DNA of 63,065 bases, counting the filler, from Choristocarpus tenellus KU-1152 (lineage: Eukaryota; Protista; Phaeophyceae): the NCBI GenBank assembly GCA_964200185.2. It is 11 parts of 11 records of this genome, joined end to end, with 100 filler letters (N's around TTAATTAATTAA, not from the genome) between each part and the next. Parts side by side here need not be neighbours in the genome. Positions count along the whole stretch, not along the records: positions 23,458 to 31,279 come from CAXNAD020005536.1; positions 31,380 to 40,562 come from CAXNAD020003904.1; positions 40,663 to 44,265 come from CAXNAD020019012.1; 8 more parts are not named here. One strand, 5' to 3'. Under the pieces are notes generated by a model. That model saw only the letters and a program-made list of their open reading frames with translations, made no database searches and had not been told where the DNA came from. Each line of letters opens with the position of its first letter. Position 1 is the first letter of the stretch. This document shows, one piece after another, positions 27,001-40,719 of the stretch. Both the position numbers and the translations under genes were made by a program.

Positions 27001-30000
27001 GTCTAAATTCTGAATTTTGCAATTTGTGGAGGAATCGCGTAAAACGTTTCTTCACCAACTATGTGTCAGAGTCCAGGTACCTGATAGGACTCCCCTTTCA
27101 GCACTGGAGAGTTTGCCTTTCTTGCCATGACCTATTTCTTATTCCCCAGGATATCAGTTCACTGTGCAACCCGGCAAGCTCGAGAAAGTAGTGTCCCAAT
27201 AGGTTTAGTTGAGTGAAAATGTTGCCTGGAATCAGTCCTCTGGTGCTCCTTGCTGACCTACTATTGTACTTCCCCCCACATTCCCGCCCTTGCCTTTAAC
27301 TTCCTACTCCTTCTTTTTTTTCAAAGATGATGTGCCTATACTTTTTCTCGCTCTGACAATGATCGGTCAAGTGTCAATGTCCAAGACCAACCCAAATTGT
27401 CTAGGTGTATGTGCAGAACAATTATCACAGGGTATCACTCTGTGTGCTTTGAGGAGAACAAGGCTTCCTGCTTAGGAGGGGATAACCCCAGGAAACTTGC
27501 CCTTCCCACCTCTATCGTGTTGTAGAGATCGTGTGATAATCATACAGTCAAAAAATATATTCTCACTCGCTTAATCACAAAGTGCGACAGGTTTTTCATA
27601 TCACATTACTTCGGAATATATACTAGCACGTTCGTTGTACATCGTAGTATTTTACGAATGACTCAAATTGACTTGAGTAATACTAGAGAAACTGCAGTGC
27701 AGTTATTGTGTTGGCATTGAGAACCCTGCGAAGCATGCTTAGACTCAGTTCTAGCAGGAAACACAGGCAATCGATATAGATAACACTAAATCAAGATAGA
27801 TACATATATATTAATCTGATTATTGGTTTCGGTCCTTACTGTGAAAGTGATACACGGAAATAAGGAAAGCGGCAACCTTCATGTTCATGAGATAGGGACA
27901 GTTCTTACGAACAGCTTGTTGTTCTGTGCCTAATATGATGTACTGGTATCTTGTACAACAACTGGTAGAAACGTCTTTGTGTAAAAACATGTTATTTGCA
28001 AACCTCTATGTTTTCTACTTCGAAGCATGTTGGTTTCACACCTCAAAACCTTAAAAGATGGCACATTTTCCTCTCGTATGGATAAGGTCCTACTATCTGA
28101 AAACAAAAATATAGTTAGGTACATCCACTATGTTTCAATAAAAGCAACATATATACTCTGTCCCTGAAATGGCTAAGGTTAACCATCAATTATTTTTTGA
28201 GGAAGAGCAAGTTTTCTTACTCGTGAACATGAATTATCAAACGCACAATAATCAACCCTTGCTTTAGGTTTGCTGAGACAGATTGATTTTTTTTTCCACA
28301 ACTACCCTTAGGCTTGGACTTGTTGACACCATATTAACCCGATTATAACCTTTGACAAGCTTAAGGTTGGGGTGCATGCCATTGTTATCTCCCCATGTGC
28401 CACTCTCTATCCTCATGTGTGCTTTGTGAACTTCAAAAGAACCATTCCAGGTTTGACTCCGGGCTCTCTTTTACTGTTTGAGTAAGTTACACTCTTCCTT
28501 CCCAGGCACATGTTGAGCAAGTCCTTTGACGTTATTCCATGAAGCAGTATCGTTGCGCATGCCTCGGAAAAACATTTGCCCTACATCGTACTCTGTTTTG
28601 TGATACTGATTGACGATCTCGAGATATAAACATTTTTTTCTTTGTGGGGTGGCTTTACGGGACTGCCCCCTGGCCCCTTGTCCAAGGACTTCCTAACAAT
28701 GCCAGAGGGTTTGATCTTGAGACTACATACAAAGTGCAAATATGATATAATAATGATATCATTATTATACTACAAAGTATTAAGTCACTACTTACCCAAA
28801 ACATACTAATGGAGTGTGCAGTATGGTACAAAAGTATGTCAAATAGTTAGTACTTCATTTTCTTTTAACAATGAAAACCATTGGCTATATTCTGAAAAGA
28901 GGATGAATTCAACAGCTACGGTCCTCAGCCCTTTCAGACTGAGGGACACAAGTGTAACCATGACTGTAATTATATCCAGATGAGGAAGGCTAGGTTAGAG
29001 GGCTGAAGGTATATAGGGCATCCTGAGACAGACTTTAGAGTAGAGGCACGTTATTGAGAAACAAAGGTGAGCAAAGAGTGAAAGTATCTTAGAGGATACG
29101 ACTTTCTCCTTTTTGTCTGTTTGGGGCTTGGCTTCCCATGGTTTTTTTATGACATTTTTCTACTCCGAAAAGTTTCAGAGTAGGTAAAATGTATAGGTTA
29201 TGGACAGGTATGTCTGGAACAATGATATTGACACTTCCTAACAAATGCAAACCAAAATTACATCAAAATCGCAACAATGCACCAAACGGACGCGGCTCTA
29301 CCCTCCAACATACTCTGAGTCAAAATTTCCTGCTATAGTATGCAAAACTATATTCTGAAAGTAGATGGCCGGATGCATAAGTGAAGGTGGAAAATCTCCT
29401 CACCTGCTCATGCTTTGAGAGTGACAGGATTGCTCGGCAGCAGCTATGACGTAGACTATTGCTACTCTTTGCTGTCCTGGAATCAATGAATGCCTCCAAA
29501 GCTCCGATCAATTTCTCGCCTCCATCAATGTACTCAGTGCTACTTCCTGTCCATCGTCCATATACCATGGTATGTCCCACAATATGGAGGTGAGTCAACA
29601 ACAGAGCGAAACAAGTGAGCTCCTTTGGAACAATAGCCTGGAAACTTGCAACACGTAGAGGGAGATGGCTGGGATGAAGGGCTGTAAGGAAAAGCCAAGT
29701 GTTGGTGATGATGCAATGAATGCACCTATTGATGTTACCAAATTTTATCCGGAAAGTGTAAAGTATACCAAAGCAAGAGGAAGTTCAAGTAGCCGCAGCA
29801 AATCACATACGAGGCTGTGTTGTTGAGGGAAGAGAAAAAAAGTATCCAAATCGACTCGATAAGCTCATACTCAAAGCCTCGCCCACCACTTCACCATGAT
29901 CTTCGAAATGTAGACTAAAATACGTAGAAATGTCTTACAAAACACACCATGATCTACATGCCTGAGTTAAAGGACAAGATGCCGCACCCCTGTACAATGT

Positions 30001-30669
30001 AAAGCTCGCACAAAAAGGCTTAACGCTTTAGCATTATACAGGGCGGTGATTGATCTGGATAATGAATGTTGAAGAGCAATGGACCAAAGTGTTTGCTGGA
30101 CAACAGACTCTATAGAGCACGCGGGCTCGACCATTTTGCTGAGCAACAAGCATTTGTATTATGTCATAGGACAAGTGGGCTGCAATGTTTGCTGCTGGAC
30201 AACCGACGTTTGTGGAGCAAAAGGTGCTATGCACTCACGTCCAAATGTTATGTCCAAGCCTAGTTCTAGACAATGGATAGATCTTGTAGAGCAAGTGGAC
30301 TTGAGGGTTATACCTGCAAGGGATGTTATAGCACAACTGGCCCCCAAACATTAACTAACAGATTATACGGAGCAAATCACCTCAGCGTTGTCCTGGATAG
30401 TGAACGTTTTGGGCTGAACACGACTGAAATGTTAATTTTTATTTATACTAGTATATGGCATTGAGTATTACATTGTCCTTGGTTTATAAAACGCAGGGGA
30501 GTACTAGAGTTTGGTGAAAAAACAGTAAAAAATGAAAAAGACATGAAAAAGAATTAATAAAAGAAGATAAAAGAAGAAGATAAGGCATGTCATATTCCTA
30601 CCGTCATCTGGAAGGGTCCTAGCAAAGCGAGCCACCGCCTCAGCGCACAGGTCAAGAATGTCAGGTGTG
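24016..30669 (-). CDS. Armadillo/HEAT-repeat protein, partial. Exons include 30669-30602, 30054-29988, 29546-29404, 26796-26521, 26221-26072, 25499-25438, 24695-24632, 24409-24016
   Basis: GT-AG exons encode ARM-like helices: AVALALRNLS, ICAQVFSNLL, LIEAGVLWGLI...ECARTLFNLSCD, CCRAILSLS, CCARALRLMA. At least one exon was not found. Confidence 0.75.
24898..25079. mobile_element. MITE family B copy
   Basis: GGCTCAAAGTATCTGGG...AGACACTTTGAGTC; colinear with 3940-4119. Confidence 0.85.
29076..29321 (-). mobile_element. MITE family A copy, reverse orientation
   Basis: Reverse complement of 37786-38045; begins GAGTGAAAGTATCTTAGAGG. Confidence 0.85.
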
Positions 30670-31038
30670 CTGTAAGGGCTGTGGCACATGCTCAATAGGT
30701 GCTGAAGTCCCCCACACTGATGCAGTAGGAAGTAACAATTACAAGGTGAATGGAATCAGCAAAGGGAGTCATAGGCACCACAACAAGAGGGACCAGGAAG
30801 TGTGCACTTTGGGAAGGGAAGACCAAGAGGATAGGGAGGGCTATGCAATTCTGTATGGACTGCTCACCTTCAACCACTTTTGGAAGCATTGCTTATGAAT
30901 TGCAGAGACCTTGAAATATATGCTGATAAAGTACACATGAAAAGAAATAAGGGCAACATTATCCTTTTCTTCTCAGAGTGGGAGTTGGTATTGGGTGACA
31001 GGCAGCAGGATATTCAGTGAAGTATCTCAAAAGTCTGC

Positions 31039-31221
31039 GACTCAAAGTATCTGGGGGGGAGGCGGCTGTCCATTTGGGGGTGATTTTTCTATGTCACAGT
31101 TTTTGGGTGATTTGGTTGCATGTGTCGGATGGACAATGTAAGTGCACTTTTCCTGGTCAGGGCCCAAATGAACACCCCAGTGTAGAACCCCTCCCCCCCC
31201 CTCCTCCAGATACTTTTAGCC
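31039..31221. mobile_element. MITE family B copy, reverse orientation
   Basis: GACTCAAAGTATCTGGGG...CCAGATACTTTTAGCC; the interior is the reverse complement of 24898-25079. Confidence 0.8.
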
Positions 31222-32093
31222 TGGACAGAGGGGTTTTCCCTCCCTCTCCCCCCTCCTAACCACTACCAGGCTCCCTACCNNNNNNNNNNNNNNNNNNNNN
31301 NNNNNNNNNNNNNNNNNNNNNNNTTAATTAATTAANNNNNNNNNNNNNNNNNNNNNNNNNNNNNNNNNNNNNNNNNNNNTTCGTTTCGTCTTCTCTTTCT
31401 GTCTTTGTTTTTTTTTTTTTGTTTGGGGTTGTTGTTGTGGGTGGGGGGGGGGGGGGGGGGGGGGAGTGGAGTATTTTAATGAATGGGAGTGTGATGCATT
31501 TTAGGGATGGTATACTATGAGGATAGGTGGTAAGTTTGGGCTGTGTAAGGAAATAGTGGATGTTAGTACCCATGGTAAAGAGGACAAGGAGTAGCCTTCA
31601 AATTTTGATGTTGTGAGCTAAATCAACTGAGAGGTAGGGTTAGGGTTGCACTTTAAGGATATTGAGATTTGACAAAAATATATCATTTTGTGTAATAACA
31701 GAAAGAGCCTTTGCTTGATTGTGGTATCACTTTGTGTGTGTAGAGCACCAATTTTACATACACTATTGTGCACATTAAAGCCAATGAAACAGAGTGTATT
31801 GCACAGGGTAAGGAATGTGACTTGGAATGAAAAAAGGTTCCAAACCTGCCTGTCTCCCAATTGGTTTGACTCACTTTTGTCTTCCAACTGTCAGTATCAG
31901 AATATAATGAAAGGTCCATCACTGCATATTATAATTGTGTTTCTTATGAAATTTCTTCTTTTTTTTATTGCCTTAGTGACCTGTTTCTTTTCTCAACCGG
32001 TGATACCTCATGGTATACTGACACTCCAGGAGATAGTGGTATTTGCGAGCAGTCATCTCCTGACTATGTGGACATTGTTGTTCACTGAATGTT

Positions 32094-32127
32094 CCCTAAC
32101 CCTAACCCTAACCCTAACCCTAACCCT
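32094..32127. repeat. Interstitial telomeric repeat (CCCTAA)5+
   Basis: Read directly; the longest of many such tracts (others include 1622-1644, 17431-17459, 49359-49385). Confidence 0.95.
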
Positions 32128-33749
32128 GCTCGGAAATTGTCTACATTACTTTACATTGCTGACAAGGGGGTACCAGATCAGTTGCACTGATTCTCAATAC
32201 CGTTTTGCCTGGAAGGCACATCATTACTACCTGCAATTATCCTTGATGAGACAGTCAATAGGAATGCGATCGCTGGCAGCATTATAACAACTATCCAACA
32301 ACTACACTCAAAAAGCACCACAATGACGAGCTTCCTGCAATAACGAGTCATGATGAGGCCTTTACTGTCAGACGGGTCAATTTAAGGGTTTGTTAGAGAG
32401 CGGAGTTATACTTCCAGCATCTCTCAACTCCGGACTACCCTTCGAATCGACTATTATTTCTAAATAACTGGGAGGTACTTTGCTGCAGGGACTGTGCTGG
32501 GGGAGGCAGTAACACGTGCTCAACAGGTGTCTGATGATGGTGACCTCTTTTAAGTCAGGGTGCACAACACCAACCTATTCACTCCGTGGGAGAATTTTTA
32601 ACACACACCCCTAACGCACCTCCGTGCACACATACCACACTTTCTACTTCTATTCTACACCCATCCACCTGCCCAAACGACCCTTGAGAGGAATGCATAT
32701 AGGAATGCTCAACGGCAGCTACAACTATCCGTGAGACAAAGTACTCTGCTTCTGGGACCTAGCAACAACCGCTGTAGTTACTACTGCTACAAATAATAAA
32801 AGTAAAAATATGGTGTTGTAGCTTGTACTGGCATTGCCATCATGGTCCTTCATCCCTCTGTTGTTACTTCAAGTAACGGAATACGAATTGTATCAAAGCT
32901 CTATGGTAATATATTAATTAACCTTCACATAATCTTGTAACTCCCCAAGAATTGCAATCATGTCACAGTCTTAACCCCAATGAAAAAAAATTGCCTACAC
33001 AAATCAATATTCTCAAAATGATATAGCAATTATCGGCGCTGTGCAGTAGCCTTTACCATGCATTCGAATAACATGTGGGCTATACCCCCCCAATATTTCC
33101 AACTCTGGCCAGTCCACTCTGAGCATGAAACCTTTCAAAATAACCATGTTGTTGCTCTACTTGGGTCTTACAAACTCTCTGTTGCCTGGAGCACCACTTC
33201 ATGCCCACAATGGACCATTGCCATCAGCAATCATATCCAATACTGCTGAAGTGCAAGGGTTCTTAAACAGTCAGAACCCACATCTAAATCAGAATGAAAA
33301 GAGGCCAGTATGTACTGCAGGAATGCAGGCATAGATCCAACTCCATTCAACAAAATATGACACAATGATCAACCTGCCGCAAACATCATTCAATCCATAT
33401 ACCCCCCCCTAACATATGGAGATGCCATGTTTTGTTAGTTCTCATCCCAAAACATAACTCCAATAGTGCCTCCCATATATTATTCTTCCCCTTCATATCT
33501 ATTGAGTACTCAAAACAAAACAAGATACCCATCATCCTGCACCTCTCTTGATATCTCAACCCACTCTCTTGTTGGCCAAAGCATAGCAAACCAAACCACC
33601 ACATACACTCTGCTATCCCTCCATTCTCTGTTTCTCCCTATCTTGCCGCTTTCACCCCCACCTCAGACAAAACACATACAACCATTGGTGTCTTAGGCAT
33701 CAGCTAAAGTGGTCAGTGTCCATGCAGTACGGTAGAAAAATTCACCTTT

Positions 33750-35390
33750 AGAGCAGATGCCTGCAGAACATGAAGGTCTTCCATCATGACTGTCGACTTG
33801 GCCTTCTCAGCTGCAAGTTCTAGCCGCAGCTTGTCCATTTCCTACTCAAGCGTATTGGTGGACAGAGCCATCATGAGTGGAGATGGGTGAGACACCCAGG
33901 ACAGGGCAGGGATTGCTTCAAGGTTAGGATCATGCCAAGGCAGAGGACATGATTGGCGCATGGGCTATCTCAACCCTCCCAGTTTGAAGCAAAAATAAGG
34001 TAAGGCTATAGGAGTGCTGTAAGTGCCGCAGTATCGTCACCCACCCATGCTCATCAAGAGACACACCGGAAAAATCGGAGAGGAAACGGATGGATTGATT
34101 TGTTCTTTGTTTTGGAGTCAGGAAATAGAAAGTAGCCATACAAGATGCCGCAGGCCTTCTCAGATAGGAGACTAACTACCTGGCCTTCAGGTTGCAGAGT
34201 GCGAGTAAAAATGCATTCACATGTATAAGATTCATCACTCCCAACATGGCACTGGGTATGTGCTACTAAAGTAACTACTAACACCGAACACTATAGCTGC
34301 TGGTACCAGACTGCATGCCTACATGCATCTTTTGGAAATAAATCAGATTGTAAGATTCTGGAGATACCCCTCAGCACAGTACCTTGGCCATGGTACTGGA
34401 GGCATCATCGTGAGCTTCCCTCTGTGCTTTAAACTGTGCCTCAGCAGAAAGCCTTGCATGTTCAGCCCGTTCATACTGAGGTATGAGACTCCTCTTTTCC
34501 ACATCGGCCTGTTTCCGTACATCAGCCAGCTCCTGGTTTGAGCAGGGTCTGGTGCATCCTTTAAGAGGTACAGACAGAGCTTGGGGTTGTGTGCTTTCAC
34601 ACACTTGTGAGAGGTTTGACAATACTTTGGTACAAAACATTATGTCCCATTGAATAAAACTGGCACAAGACAAACGACTACCATTTCTTGACCCAAACAA
34701 TTGTTGTCCAAGGTCAAGGACGAGTTGTCAAGATGAGTCAAGTTACCAATGGCAATGTCTATGGCATCCAAGAGTCATCTAAACTTGTCATTTGTACTTG
34801 CCACAGTCTACTGCCTCAACCTGTCTTCAAGCTCAGCAAGGATCAACCTTTGCGGTCGACAGACTTTCCTCTTGCATACCACTGTCAACAGTCTCTGTGC
34901 TACTGCTGATACCTCCTAAAAATATCTATTCACCTTTGCTGTTATGCGGGCGTGTCGCTGAAGATTCTTGTATATTGCCTTGGGCACGGTGTCGTCGTTG
35001 CATCTCTTATTGCCCTCGTTTTCGAGGATCCACATCAACTATTCAGCAAGAGTTTGGACGCGAGGTCAGATTCTCGGATAATCAGGGCCTTGATACACGA
35101 AACAGAGAATCTCTACTGTAAGTATGCTGATCCTTGTTAAACACAAGTGCTACACACAACCCCCATCCCCGCAAGTTTCGTTTCCCCGATCCCATCTACC
35201 CAACCCTGTACTCTTCTTGTAGTTGTACTCTACACGATGCCAATAATCCCAGTGGGTATGCAATATTAAGCATCCTCGAATAATGTGGATACCCCCCAAT
35301 GTACCTACATTCTGCTTGGCAACCTCGAGGCACTGATCCACCAATTCCTGTGTTGACCAGGACTTTGCTACCGTCCTCCCGATCATATTC
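33750..35390 (-). CDS. Hypothetical coiled-coil protein, several short exons
   Basis: AG/GT-bounded segments NMIGRTVAKSWSTQELVDQCLEVAKQN, ELADVRKQADVEKRSLIPQYERAEHARLSAEAQFKAQREAHDD and EMDKLRLELAAEKAK. No family recognised. Confidence 0.5.
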
Positions 35391-37543
35391 TGAGGGAAAA
35401 GGATGGGGAGAAGGTCGGTCACATGGACGAGCTGTCAATCTTTCTTTTTTGCAATAGATTATGCACACGAGGAATCAACAGACTACATGACAGACCACCC
35501 CAAGAAAAATCAGGGGCGTGGAACCTACAGCAAATGGGGCGATTGCAACCAATCCGAGACAAGTCCAAGAAGAGAAGGGAACGGAATTGGGAAAGGATCC
35601 TTTAAAATACATGTAAGTGTAATCGGGCCAATCTCGACATTACAGCTTGCCGGAACACACCTCGGAGGATGGCGTCGAGGAAGTCGAAGATAATTCACCG
35701 AGGTCATCTGATACAGATGTAGAGGAGGAGTGTTGCATCTGGTAATGCAAACAATCGTGGAGACATCACAAAATGTGGGGGGAGAGCAAACGCATTCTAT
35801 CATTGTGAATTGAACAGCAGGGAGTGTTCACAGAGCCTCCCCACTATCTCGAAATCCAACATAACACTGTACTGTGTATAGAAATTTTGAATAGTTGAGA
35901 GTGTATGTAGGAGGCGTTTTCGCTTCTTGAGGACTCCTATGTTCTACGTCTCTACCAACTACCAACAAAAGGCGTTAGTTCTACGTATTCTTATTTAATC
36001 CAAAAATGTTCATACCCCAATAATTGATCGTGATGTGGGACCTGATGGGTGGTAACCTAGTAACTGGGGCGTTAGAAAAGGGTCACATACATAGACCAAA
36101 GAAGGACGACTCAAGTCAGCATTTGTACACTCTTACGCTGCTCGAGGATCAGGTAGGTGCAGGGTCGAGAAAATCGAATTTATTTACACCAGTAGTACCA
36201 GATAATCTATAGGGAGGAGGGTGGTTGGGAAGATATTGTGGCAAGCTAAAACGCAGACTGTTGTTGCTTGACAAGTTCAATATTTTGTACTTATAAACCA
36301 ACCTTGCCTAGTTTATGTCGCCTATCACATAAAGTCATGACGTGGACAGAGGATAGGTCAATAATGCGACAGGAGATTGTGATGATATGAGAATTACACA
36401 ACCACTCTAGAGACAATACTCCAAATCGAGCGCACCATGGCAGAAAGGGTTAACCGATACTGACCTTACAGTAACCCTACGACGTAGTTTAAAGCAAAAC
36501 TCTAACACGAAAATGAAGGGTGGCGAGAGGAGGTGATGATGATGATAGTGAGCCACGAGCGTGGCATTTTCTTGAACAGATATCTTCACACACCATCTCA
36601 TGTTCGGAATGTTCGGATGTGGAAGATGTTGCACTTTCGGCGGACAGAGAAGAAGAGGAGGAGTTCTTACAGGAGGCCAGGCTGGACGACGAAAATGTTG
36701 ATGATGGTGATGCCATCATAGTGAGGTGGTGAGATCGTCGAAACTTCTTCCAGCAACAATCGACAAGGTCGAGGATGTTGATTGCTGAGGCTGCTGTTAT
36801 TTTGTAGCTGCCGAATCCTGATAAGAATAGGAGTGATGAATCAAGTGCGTAGGGTGTGTGGTATCTATTTGACGAAAGAAAGAGGCGTTCGTATTGGAAT
36901 AAGGGTCAACGGCAGAAACAAGCCTGACCATGTATTTTGCGTGTGGTCACATGACGGCGCGCTGGAGGATGGAAAAATATCATTACACACCCTCAACAAC
37001 TTGAATCATTCAGCACTCATTATCGTTATACTAATAACATCTTGTGCGACCAACGTGTATCTTATTATGGACTCACACTGTCCAAATCATAACGATGACA
37101 TAACACCAGGTTCTGTAACCTTCTTTCGTTTTGTTAATTTTCAGTGCCGAAAGCTACACTAGGTGCTACAATGGCCTAGCAGTATCATTGATGATAAGTA
37201 CCCCTCAGTAGGTATTGACACACAGCGGTACTACTACTGGAACTAGCAGGGTTTCGTCACTGTTGTGACTCGGTATAATATAATATGTATTACATACGAG
37301 CAAACACAGATATTCACACAATGTCCGAGGGTGTCCCTCAGATTTGTTCCACAAGAAGATGCATGCCAACGGGCTACTTGTCTCAAAGGAGAGAAGACCA
37401 TTGGTAGTATTCTCTAAACAAGTCATCAACCTAGTAAATATTTTGTACTGATATATATGAATATCTTGCCACCTGGTAGCCGAAAATCCTCTCCGGGTAA
37501 ACAGAAACGATGGGGTAGTGTCCTCTCTGCAAATCGATGCAAT

Positions 37544-38070
37544 GAGTGAAAGTTTCTTAGAGGTTATTAGGAGTTTTGCCCTAATTGTCCGTTGTTAGGG
37601 GCTTGGCTTCCCTCGGGATTTTTTATGACATTTTCCTACTCGGAAATGTTCGGAGTAGGTAAAATGTATACATGATGAAAAGGTGTGTCCGGAACAATGA
37701 TATTGACACGTGCTAATAAACACGATAGCCAAAATTACATCAAAATCGCAACATTTGATTTAGGCCTCCAAATGGACACGGTTCTGAGCCAAAGTATCTT
37801 AGAGGGTAGAGCCGCGTCCATTTGGGAGTCAAAATCCAGTATTGCGATTTTGATGTAAATTTTGGCTATCGGGTTTGTTAGGGAGTTTCAATATCTATTT
37901 TTTGGATACACCTTTTCATAACGTATACATTTTACCTACTCGAAAACATTTTGGAGTAGGAAAATGTCATTTAAAAACCCATGGGAAGCCAAGTCCCAAA
38001 TGGACAAACAGGGCAAAACTCGTACCCTCTAAGATACTTTCACTCTTCTGCCCTCTAAGATACTTGTCTC
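37544..38070. mobile_element. Nested MITE family A: copy 37786-38045 inserted into an oppositely oriented copy (37544-37785 + 38050-38070)
   Basis: The inner copy GAGCC...CACTC is flanked by TSD TTCT/TTCT. The outer TIR resumes as GCCCTCTAAGATACTTGTCTC. Confidence 0.9.
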
Positions 38071-38581
38071 AAATACCAAAAAGAACGTGCGACACATCCT
38101 AACTAGACTATACAGAAATTTCAGAAATGTTTAAGGCCTTCCCAATCACAAATTGCATAGAACGGCCACAAAACACTCTCCAACCCAAAGTATCAACGCA
38201 AGTCACACGATTCAAATTCTCTTTGCTCACCCTCCCAATTTCAAGCACCCTTCCTCCAACAAGACAGTTGCCCACGGTCGCTATCTAGAAAATGCACCAG
38301 AGCACAAAGGTTGCCTCAAAACAGGAGAGGAATCTGCCAACAAACCACAAAAATCCTGCTCCTCCTGATATTTCTCGCCATTTGCAGGTAACCACTGCTA
38401 CTTACAGTCAAGCCAAAAACAAATGAAATAGAATAAATTATGAGGTTGTATATTTTTCATGAACTCTTCTAAAAAAAAAAGTTTGAATCAGTAAAAAGTA
38501 CTGATATCATTTGCACATTTAATAAAAGTTCAACAAGACTTGATCTTATTTTGGTTGGACTAGGTGCTATTGTTCTTTCAG

Positions 38582-38730
38582 GTGAACGAATTTGAAATAG
38601 TGGAGCAAGTAACATCAAACGCCTTTTCTGGAAGGCGTAAGATGATCACGTCTTCTCTGAAGCATCTATTTCCAGATGATATTGAAATGATTTTGGATTC
38701 ATTGGGAATCAGTCAATCACTGAGCAAAGG
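38582..38730 (+). CDS. KsgA/Dim1-family rRNA adenine dimethyltransferase, C-terminal exon
   Basis: After a CAG acceptor: VNEFEIVEQVTSNAFSGRRKMITSSLKHLF...LDSLGI, resembling the AFxxRRKxLxxxL motif. Other exons were not located. Confidence 0.65.
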
Positions 38731-40429
38731 GTGCATATATCATGCCGGATGCCTGTTCGCAGCATCAATAACAAGCCATACTCGAATACTGTTGTTGTTT
38801 TCTTGCATTAGAAGTGGTGATAATACTCGATATGATAACGTTTATGTTTACATAGTGCCTCATAGATAGAATGTTCAACCAGTACAACGAAGGTCCTACA
38901 GAAGCGAATCCATATATATGTGTGCGATTGGCACCTAAATTTGTCATAAGTCAAACCGCCAAACATATTGGTTGTCTCTCTGTAGGTTCTGGTTGGGTGC
39001 ATTCAATGTGCCACATGGACCACTCCCAGCTGTACCCTAAAGGTGCGACTGACTCACAAAGGCCCGCCACAGGATTACCAAAGAAGACTCCAAAACAAGC
39101 AAGGCCTCCATCCAGGCCCTCAGAATATACCGGCTCCCCTTCTCTATTCTCCATTTAGATTGTCTAAATATCGACCTAAAAAATACAGGGCTCGAAGGTG
39201 GCAGTTGTTCTATGACGTCAAGAAAAAAATCCTGCCGTAAGTGTCTGCTGCAGATACGTCATTAGTATTATCTGTTGAAATCGTGTATGTACATATGTGA
39301 TGTCTTGATCGCCGTTTGTCTCCTACAGTACGAAGCAAAAGGCAGGAGGAGGAGGAGGAGGAGGAGGAGGAGGAGGAGGAGGAATTCGACGATGATAAAG
39401 AAGCTGTGCATCATGTGTTTATATACATGTTGAGTTGCATTGAGACGTCACAACCTTGTAGTAGTGAGGTTTGTGCTAACAGGAAGAAAAGCGAGTTATC
39501 TGTGGAGCGTAATGTTGTGAAGGGTAGGGCAGCTTGTCATGTTTGGGGGTGTTTTTTTTGCAGCAAAAAAAAACAAACTGTAAAGGCTTTGAGCAAGTGA
39601 GTAGCACTTGGAGGCGGTGTTGTCAACAATCGACATGTGCACACATACTTACATACATGATGAGACATTGGCCCAGTCTTTCTGCTCTTTCTTGCTTTCC
39701 TCCAAAAAGGGACACCCTACTATCAGACAGGTGGAGGAAGAGGCAAGAAGTAGGATTTATTTAGTTTCTCCACAAAAATAATGCGAATATATATATAATA
39801 GGGAGGGATCCCTGTGTCTAGCATGTACAACGTAAAATAACGATAAATTGTTATAGTAAATGATAGGTACTCCAATCCTTTTTCTCAATCAGCACATTTC
39901 CTTCAGGCCGTCAAGGGCTTGAGTAACACTGGCAAAGCAAAGAATACAGAACAAAGACGACATGAAGAGTATCTGTACTGCCATTTCAGTATAAAAGGGC
40001 TTCTGATACATCAATGTTGTAGTACAATTATACACGGAACTTTAGCCAAGAAACCAGCCCTACCCACACTACATATCTACAAGTCATCTCGATAATGATA
40101 CTGTATCAATATTACGTCCCCTGGATAATACCTGCCTGCCAGCCTGCCTGTGTGTGTGTTGTATGTACCTACCTACTACTAATATTAGATGCCTGAGTAT
40201 ACGCGGTCTAGTATGTGACCTTACGGACCACAAAATATAATAAAATAGGAATAATATCCTCGGCCTTAACCAAGCACACTCAATTATGTGACTAGGTTTG
40301 TTAGTAGTACGGGGTAAATTTATTTTTTCATCTCTACTACACAATAAAAGTAACAAACGAACATCATCCTTCACAGACTCGTTAAAAAAATGTTGGATAC
40401 CTACACTGCAAGACACCAGTTGCTGCCTT

Positions 40430-40562
40430 TTCAATTTTCACTTTTTTGGTGTGATTTGGTCGCACGTGTCGGATTTGAAATGTCGGCAAAAAAAATAGTT
40501 TTTTGACCGAAACGGACGTCCCCCCACCAACCTCTTCCCCCCCCTACCCGCCCCCATCCCTC
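40430..40562. mobile_element. MITE-like repeat related to family B; also at 53611-53751 (reverse) and an end fragment at 40663-40703
   Basis: Shared GATTTGGTCGCACGTGTCGGATTTGAAAT core, and ACGCCGACACCCCCC...TTTGAC(T/C)C terminus. Confidence 0.7.
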
Positions 40563-40719
40563 NNNNNNNNNNNNNNNNNNNNNNNNNNNNNNNNNNNNNN
40601 NNNNNNTTAATTAATTAANNNNNNNNNNNNNNNNNNNNNNNNNNNNNNNNNNNNNNNNNNNNGGAAAAAAGGACGCCGACACCCCCCCCCAGATAGTTTG
40701 ACCCACTGCAATATCGAAA

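Noticed and set aside
33835-33850. In-frame TAG suggesting stop-codon reassignment (LE*EMDKL)
   Set aside because: The TAG is explained as a splice acceptor; the confident gene models translate with the standard code.
36520-36720. Acidic exon-like frame ending at a GT donor
   Set aside because: No acceptor, start or family could be established, so it was not called.
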